Shown here in pieces: positions 45,080 to 50,493 of a stretch of DNA of 50,493 nucleotides. Within the stretch, counting starts at the first letter, position 1. Every line of letters starts with the position of its first letter. Position numbers and translations under genes: made by a program. This DNA comes from a virus (lineage: Duplodnaviria; Caudoviricetes), in IMG/VR virus record IMGVR_UViG_3300040734_000024, positions 1 to 50,493 of that record, one strand, 5' to 3'. The notes beneath the pieces were generated by a model. That model made no database searches. It was not told the origin of the DNA and saw nothing but the letters and a program-made list of their open reading frames with translations.

Positions 45080-46722
45080 TCATCCAACGGGTTCACCCCT
45101 ACCTCAACGTAACCGGATACAGCACCTTCAGCGAACGTAAGGCATAAACTGTCTGCTTTATCCGGTGAGCGGCCGAGAAATTCTCGCATAGTATCTTTAT
45201 CTGTTACGCGTATCTTTCCTCCTTTTATCGAATACATAGGTGCTGCCAGTTCTTCAATAAGTTCGTCATCCGGGGGAAGCATAGCTCCCGGATCAGTGCG
45301 CAACCACTCTCGCACCGACCACCAGAGTTGGTCACGAAGTATTAGGAACTCTCCGAGTTCGGTTTTTATGGTCGGTGAGCTGGCAACTTTCACAGACACA
45401 GAAGGTATTCCCAGTCGTGACATCTTGGGTGCAACGCCGGCACCAACACCTGTACCGTCAACCATTACCCGTAAACTGTAACCGGTCTGGTTGCATATCC
45501 CAAAGGCTTTTGACGCTGTCATGTCTGGATCAATGCCTTGCCACCTGGTTTGAGGCGGCACATACCCGCCAATGCGAAACGTAAGCACGTTCCAATCTTT
45601 GCCGTATTCAGAAATATCCAATCCAACGATCCCGCTGTCTGTTGGTGATTTTTCCCCATAGGTGGCAATGTATGTGTGATAACGGGATACCGCCGCCTCG
45701 ATCCAGGCACGGGCGATAAGCTGGGTCTCACCCTGAGGCGGATATTCTCCCAGCACCATGTAAAAGAACGCTGCGCCGTCCGGTAATACTTTCCGGTGGC
45801 CGGCCGGCAGCGGAGAATACAGCATACCCGCTTTCGAGACAGCGGTCGCACCCACCAGGTAATCCGGCACTTGAAAGGTCTCATTGTCCGGGTGTTCGTC
45901 AGGGAGCAGTGGCCTTGTCCACTCGTTGATCCTGCGGACAGTGACCTCTCGGGTAACAGCACCTGGAATAATGTCTTTCCCAGTAACCACATTCGGGTGA
46001 TTGAGTGCGGACAGGTTTACCACATGCCCTTGCTTGTTCTTTTCCATCTGTGCAACGGGACCGTACTCAGCACGAGGGTTGAACATTATCAGCAGGCGGG
46101 CATGCCCGCCCGACATACAACTTTCGATACCTTTGTACACTTCAACGGGGACTGCATCGCCTTCGTCCACTATGAACAGCAGATAGGGAGCGTGTTTACC
46201 GGAAAACTTCGCCTGGCGCTGTTCAGGCGTACCAGAAGACGGGATCGCAACACCGGTAAGGAAAGAAAGCGGGGAACACTGAATATTCAGGTCAAGGGTG
46301 ATCCGGTCTGTGGAGAATACATCCGGCTTTTTTCCAACCAGGCTGTTTATCTCTCCCCACAGGATTTTGTAAAGGTTCTTTTCTGGAGGCGCTGCGGTTG
46401 TGTATACTTGCGCACCTGGAAAACTTTTATAGAACCAAACAGCGATCCGAGCAGCTCCGTGTGATTTGCCAACGGCGTTCCCGGATTTTGCAATGGTCAC
46501 CGGGTTATCCCGTACACTTTCCATAACCTTAATCACGTCTTCGGTGTAATGCTCTCCGAAGACTTCTTCACCGAACAGGTGCGGGTTGTCCTGGTAACGG
46601 CTAAAGTTCGTCAGTACCAGTTCCGGGTTCTCCATTTCCAGGAGCCTCATTCGCACTCTTGCCCGGAGTTGCGCATACGTAAGCTGGGTCTTCTCCCTGG
46701 TTGATCCTCTTGAGCTGTTCAT
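45067..46722 (-). CDS. terL: Terminase large subunit
   Basis: SGNAVGKS Walker A, FIVDEG Walker B, FNP, GLDIS, VDGTGVG, SPDKADSL. Confidence 0.93.
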   Translation of the reverse strand: MNSSRGSTREKTQLTYAQLRARVRMRLLEMENPELVLTNFSRYQDNPHLFGEEVFGEHYTEDVIKVMESVRDNPVTIAKSGNAVGKSHGAARIAVWFYKSFPGAQVYTTAAPPEKNLYKILWGEINSLVGKKPDVFSTDRITLDLNIQCSPLSFLTGVAIPSSGTPEQRQAKFSGKHAPYLLFIVDEGDAVPVEVYKGIESCMSGGHARLLIMFNPRAEYGPVAQMEKNKQGHVVNLSALNHPNVVTGKDIIPGAVTREVTVRRINEWTRPLLPDEHPDNETFQVPDYLVGATAVSKAGMLYSPLPAGHRKVLPDGAAFFYMVLGEYPPQGETQLIARAWIEAAVSRYHTYIATYGEKSPTDSGIVGLDISEYGKDWNVLTFRIGGYVPPQTRWQGIDPDMTASKAFGICNQTGYSLRVMVDGTGVGAGVAPKMSRLGIPSVSVKVASSPTIKTELGEFLILRDQLWWSVREWLRTDPGAMLPPDDELIEELAAPMYSIKGGKIRVTDKDTMREFLGRSPDKADSLCLTFAEGAVSGYVEVGVNPLDEWRG

Positions 46723-47287
46723 AATTCAATTTGTCAATGTCGATATTCAAGACCGCCTGGGGTTTATTATCGAACAGTTTGTAGTACCTGCCGAGTTTGT
46801 CGAGTGCGGACTGAGCGTCGTGCAACTCAACCTCCACCCACTCGTCTTCCCATTCCTCAGCATTTTCACCCCGGCCTTCTGTTCTCCTGGTGCGTTTGGT
46901 CTTGATCTTTTTGATTAGGTAAAAATATTGCCTTGCGTCCGGGTGCGAGAAATCAAAGAACACTGACCCGTTATCTGAAAACCGGATAAATGGCAGGTGA
47001 TCTGCCCGAGCCATCTGCGTTAGCCGGAACAGCACTTCGTTCGCCCGCATGGTGGTTTCCTGTAAACGGCGTTCGACCGCTGCCCGGACGTCAGGTTTTG
47101 TCATTGTTTCACTGGCTAACCGTCTACAAATGCTGGTATCCCGAGCAGAGTACTTCCCTTTCTCGTCCGGTTTCCTGTAGACGCGCAAATATGCCTGCGT
47201 CTGGTTCATGTTGTTCAAAAACAATTCGTCTACAAACGCAGCATGCTTGGCAGAGAGTTTGGGAAGCTTATTTTCATTTTCTGTCAT
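46601..47287 (-). CDS. terS: Terminase small subunit
   Basis: LSAKHAAFVDE...NQTQAYLRVY...VELHDAQSALDKLGRY. Confidence 0.88.
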   Translation of the reverse strand: MTENENKLPKLSAKHAAFVDELFLNNMNQTQAYLRVYRKPDEKGKYSARDTSICRRLASETMTKPDVRAAVERRLQETTMRANEVLFRLTQMARADHLPFIRFSDNGSVFFDFSHPDARQYFYLIKKIKTKRTRRTEGRGENAEEWEDEWVEVELHDAQSALDKLGRYYKLFDNKPQAVLNIDIDKLNYEQLKRINQGEDPAYVCATPGKSANEAPGNGEPGTGTDEL

Positions 47288-47296
47288 CTGTCCGGG

Positions 47297-47307
47297 ATTA
47301 TAGCGTG
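47297..47307 (-). promoter_or_regulatory. Late promoter-like motif CACGCTATAAT before terS
   Basis: Same 11-mer as at 40044 and 44846; 9 nt upstream of the ATG. Confidence 0.6.
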
Positions 47308-47364
47308 ATAAAAACCATGTGCTGTACGAAAAATAAAAATCCCCGGATAAACCGGGGAACTTGT

Positions 47365-47631
47365 TCAACTCAGGATCAGCTTTATGAAATTGACCACCTT
47401 TCGATAGCGCAGCATCCATGTTACCCAAACATGGCACCGGAAGCAGAGAACGGTCAGATCTTCGGGGAGTTCGTACCCAAAATTGCGGTAGGTAACGTGG
47501 TGCACCTGAAGCCGGTCATATTCACCGCATATCTGGCAATGATAACCCGCACGCTGAAGAGCCAATTTGCGCTTTTGCTTCCAAGTGCTTGACGCCAGGT
47601 ACGCAAGATATTGAGGGGAAAGTTTGTTCAC
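47365..47631 (-). CDS. HNH endonuclease (terminase-associated)
   Basis: YLASSTWKQKR...CQICG...LQVHH..Y...DLTVLCFRCH. Confidence 0.85.
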   Translation of the reverse strand: MNKLSPQYLAYLASSTWKQKRKLALQRAGYHCQICGEYDRLQVHHVTYRNFGYELPEDLTVLCFRCHVWVTWMLRYRKVVNFIKLILS

Positions 47632-47632
47632 T

Positions 47633-47992
47633 TTAAATCTTTCGAGACCATACTTCGAGGTTTTCTCGTTGGCTGTAATTGCAGTACGGAAATTCATCAT
47701 GCAGAGCGATGCAGGCAGCGTCCAGAGCATCGAAACCCCTTGCTTCACAATAGCCAATGACTATTATGGTTTCATCCCAGGAGCCGTACACATGGTAAAA
47801 GTTCAGGATTTCTTCCGGGGAAAACGAACAGCGGAGAGATAGGGCTCTGGCAATGGACTTTGAAACGCTTTCGGTCTGCAAGTTAGAAACAACCGATTTA
47901 ATCAGTTTGGATACGGCTGACTTTTTTTTCTTGACCGCTTTCCTGAAAGCGTTCAATCCTATGATCCTGATCTGAATGTCACCGCTGCTCAT
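47633..47992 (-). CDS. Hypothetical protein
   Basis: Coupled ORF. Confidence 0.5.
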   Translation of the reverse strand: MSSGDIQIRIIGLNAFRKAVKKKKSAVSKLIKSVVSNLQTESVSKSIARALSLRCSFSPEEILNFYHVYGSWDETIIVIGYCEARGFDALDAACIALHDEFPYCNYSQRENLEVWSRKI

Positions 47993-48315
47993 TTCTTCCC
48001 CTTTCCATGCCTGGCATACCTGCGGTAATACATCACCGTCCGGCGAATGTGGCCGGGATCAAGGTTTTTACTCACAAAATTTACAAACCTGGTCATTGCG
48101 AAATTCATCCCGGTAACAACTGCCTGGCTGAACACAAGTAAATTTTGGGACATTTCTTCAAGAGAACTGACCGCTTGAGATACCCAGTCGTAGGTATACA
48201 CCTGCGGATTTTCGCTATCGGCTCCACGTACTGGACGTGCGTCTTCCGTGTTGAGAGAATTGAAAAACGTTTGAGCCACTTCTTCGTACTCATTTGTTGG
48301 GGTTATGCTTCCCAT
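47989..48315 (-). CDS. Hypothetical protein
   Basis: GGAGG RBS, coupled ORF. Confidence 0.55.
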   Translation of the reverse strand: MGSITPTNEYEEVAQTFFNSLNTEDARPVRGADSENPQVYTYDWVSQAVSSLEEMSQNLLVFSQAVVTGMNFAMTRFVNFVSKNLDPGHIRRTVMYYRRYARHGKGKK

Positions 48316-48695
48316 GCTTCGACCTCCACTCGTGGACAGTTTTTGTCATCGTGCCTGTATGCGTGGATTTCCACTACAGCAGAATCGTTCTCAAATATCA
48401 CTCCCTGAAGCGCATCCAGTAGGCACTTAAGGTAGTTATCCAAGTCGCCTTTCTTCCTCGCCCGGAAAACGTGAGCAGAAACAGCTACGTCACCTGGAAT
48501 TTTGGAAACCGTATTGCACATAAACCGGACTTGCTGTTTATATGCAACGGCTTCATCCGAGGTGACTGTGATCCCGCGGTAGTTGCGCCAATAACGGTTT
48601 GCTGACGGGGGGATTGGCAGCGTCAATAAAGTGCTATTTCTGTCACGTATACCGGGCTTCGGGATAGCTAACATGCCGTTAGTTACAGGTTCCAT
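48303..48695 (-). CDS. rusA: RusA family Holliday junction resolvase
   Basis: LPIPPSANRYWR...GDLDNYLKCLLDAL..V.FENDSAV. Confidence 0.9.
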   Translation of the reverse strand: MEPVTNGMLAIPKPGIRDRNSTLLTLPIPPSANRYWRNYRGITVTSDEAVAYKQQVRFMCNTVSKIPGDVAVSAHVFRARKKGDLDNYLKCLLDALQGVIFENDSAVVEIHAYRHDDKNCPRVEVEAWEA

Positions 48696-49044
48696 CGGTG
48701 CTGTCTTTCACATAATCAGGGGGAACATTCTCGATGAGGGAACGGATAGAGAAATAGACCGGAACACCGAGAGACCTTGCAAGAGCGACTTCTGCATCGG
48801 CGCCCTTGCTTTCCCCAGGCAGTCGCAGCATCACATCGCAGCGCTTTACCCACTCGTTGTCCAGGTTTACCCAAAACTCATATTCGTGAGGGAACATGAG
48901 GTGCCAGAAATGGGAGAATAGCGGAGGGAACGGGGCGTATCCGTAGTGTGCCAACGCATCAGCGGCTACAAATGACAGGTGGACGTTTGCGCCTACGTCA
49001 CCGATTGTGTATGGGCTTGCGATATAAACCGTGATCAATTTCAC
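48679..49044 (-). CDS. DUF1937/DUF4406-like nucleoside deoxyribosyltransferase-fold protein
   Basis: VYIASPYT...CD...LPGESKGADAEVALA. Confidence 0.75.
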   Translation of the reverse strand: MKLITVYIASPYTIGDVGANVHLSFVAADALAHYGYAPFPPLFSHFWHLMFPHEYEFWVNLDNEWVKRCDVMLRLPGESKGADAEVALARSLGVPVYFSIRSLIENVPPDYVKDSTDGTCN

Positions 49045-49286
49045 CTCTTTTTGACAATGATCCTTGACCCAGCCGGTCTATCAAGGTTATATGCGTGCGG
49101 TCCGGCACGGGTTTCTCGAAGTATCGACATCAATGCTTGCGAACGCAGCATCACTACCTGCTGAGACAGCTCTACTTCCCGAATGATGTCAAGGGCAACC
49201 GACATCGCATCTTCTAACGCCGCTGCGGTGCGGTGAGTGTGGCGGATTTGTGATTTGGAATTCTTATATTTCCTGTGGATTTTCAC
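49041..49286 (-). CDS. Hypothetical protein
   Basis: First ORF of the leftward arm, coupled to the next gene. Confidence 0.45.
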   Translation of the reverse strand: MKIHRKYKNSKSQIRHTHRTAAALEDAMSVALDIIREVELSQQVVMLRSQALMSILRETRAGPHAYNLDRPAGSRIIVKKR

Positions 49287-49407
49287 TTTCTAAAATATTT
49301 CATCCTTTCAAAACGTGAAATTATGAATAGGCACTGTTTATGCACTATGCGAATTGGTGGGATCAATTTACAGGGAGAATTTATAAAAAACTTACAAGGA
49401 GCAATCA

Positions 49408-50325
49408 ATGAGGTACTATGCTAAAGGGAGGGAGCGCTTATTTGTTTTTGCTCCTCCCAGACGGAGAACTACACTGACCAATACCGGATCGTTACCATTA
49501 TCTAAAGCTATTGAGGGATTTATGTTAGCTTGCCGCGCACGCCGTTTATCGGTACATACGATTGCGGACTACGAGCGGACTTTACGCAAATTCCTGACCC
49601 ATGTGGGCGATTCGCCCATACGGGTCATTACCAGGACACAGATTGAGGCTTTCTTGGCCGCCCAGCCTTTCTCATCAAAAACCGTGCTCAATTACCATAT
49701 TGGCCTAGCAGCACCATGGACTTGGGCGTTCCGGGAAGGGTATGTCGATGTTCATATCGTGCGCCAGGTCGTAAAGCCTAAACCACAGCGGGTAGTGATC
49801 GACCCGTTTACGGACGTTGAGGTACGAGCTATGCTCGCATCCGTCAAACGGAATACCGACCGTGACCGGGCGATCATATTCCTGCTGCTGGATACCGGTG
49901 TGCGTGCGTCGGAATTGTGCGGTTTGGACATAAAGGATATTGACCTTGCGTCCAGGAAAATCAAGGTGCTGGGGAAAGGAAACAAAGAGCGTTTCCTTCC
50001 GATCAGCTCACGGACAGCTTCGATTGTTTTCAAATATACATCAATGGCTGAATTGATAAAACCATTCCCGTTCACCAGAACAAGCCTGGCGCATTTAATC
50101 CAGCAGATCGGAAAGAGGGCAGGTATTCAAGATGCACACCCGCACCGTTTTCGTCATACCTTTGCGATCAATTATTTACGTAACGGGGGAGACCCTTATA
50201 CACTTCAGGAGATCCTCGGGCATAGCACGCTTGAGATGGTCAAGCGGTACCTCGCATTGGCGCAGGTCGATGTTGACAGCGCCCATAAACGAGCAAGCCC
50301 GGTTGAGAACTGGAAACTTGGATAA
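49408..50325 (+). CDS. int: Tyrosine recombinase / integrase
   Basis: DTGVRASE, GKGNKER, HPHRFRHTFA, LGH, VKRY catalytic motifs; adjacent to att. Confidence 0.95.
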   Translation: MRYYAKGRERLFVFAPPRRRTTLTNTGSLPLSKAIEGFMLACRARRLSVHTIADYERTLRKFLTHVGDSPIRVITRTQIEAFLAAQPFSSKTVLNYHIGLAAPWTWAFREGYVDVHIVRQVVKPKPQRVVIDPFTDVEVRAMLASVKRNTDRDRAIIFLLLDTGVRASELCGLDIKDIDLASRKIKVLGKGNKERFLPISSRTASIVFKYTSMAELIKPFPFTRTSLAHLIQQIGKRAGIQDAHPHRFRHTFAINYLRNGGDPYTLQEILGHSTLEMVKRYLALAQVDVDSAHKRASPVENWKLG

Positions 50326-50438
50326 TCGCACATGGATTTATCCATGTTGATGCACACATTTCCACTTTTTGAAAAAAGCACACGGCTTGCCAATTCTCCC
50401 TGTCCGTGTGCTTGAAAATGCGATTTATGCAACACATA

Positions 50439-50490
50439 GTTGAGGGCCATGTGCCGCAAGGCGTGGGGGTTCAAGTCCCCCCCAGCGCAC
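50439..50490 (+). repeat. Right att core, duplicate of the tRNA-Leu 3' part
   Basis: Identical to 4-55; upstream CATAG breaks the anticodon stem, so this is not an intact tRNA. Confidence 0.97.
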
Positions 50491-50493
50491 TAG

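Larger units (their letters stand above)
1..50493. mobile_element. Integrated temperate prophage (siphovirus-like) inserted in tRNA-Leu(GAG)
   Basis: Terminal 52-bp direct repeat, tyrosine integrase next to the right repeat, and repressor, replication, packaging, head, tail (tape measure, no sheath) and lysis modules. Confidence 0.95.

Noticed and set aside
50436-50493. Second intact tRNA-Leu
   Set aside because: It lacks the 5' acceptor strand and D arm, and the anticodon stem is broken; it is the att duplicate

Overview
The window is one complete ~50.4-kb temperate siphovirus-like prophage. It is bounded by a 52-bp direct repeat (4-55 / 50439-50490) equal to the 3' part of a tRNA-Leu(GAG), with a tyrosine integrase at the right end. 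The host is possibly Chloroflexota (inference from remembered protein styles, not verified). Layout: a leftward immunity operon (XRE repressor, HNH, membrane protein); a rightward early/middle arm (two phage sigma factors, C5 and amino MTases, radical SAM, SSB, replication initiator, DnaB, DndC/PAPS-reductase-like protein, many small ORFs); and a leftward late arm (RusA, HNH, terminase, holin-like genes, portal, capsid, tail, endolysin). The most striking non-coding signals are four. (1) Nine copies of a phage-specific promoter-like motif, (G)TGTC(C/A)-N16-T(G/T)TTTAAT(A), four of them overlapped by hairpins that would hide the downstream Shine-Dalgarno in read-through RNA. (2) A ~1.35-kb ORF-poor RNA operon holding two tRNAs, two enlarged tRNA-like RNAs and several pseudoknotted RNAs. 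(3) A second, late motif (C)ACGCTATAAT, two copies of which are followed by CGAGGCATTGAT and a terminator. (4) Several lesions suggesting decay or assembly artefacts: a replication initiator frameshifted in its iterons, an in-frame TGA, a missing start codon and a truncated MTase. All assignments come from visual motif recognition only.
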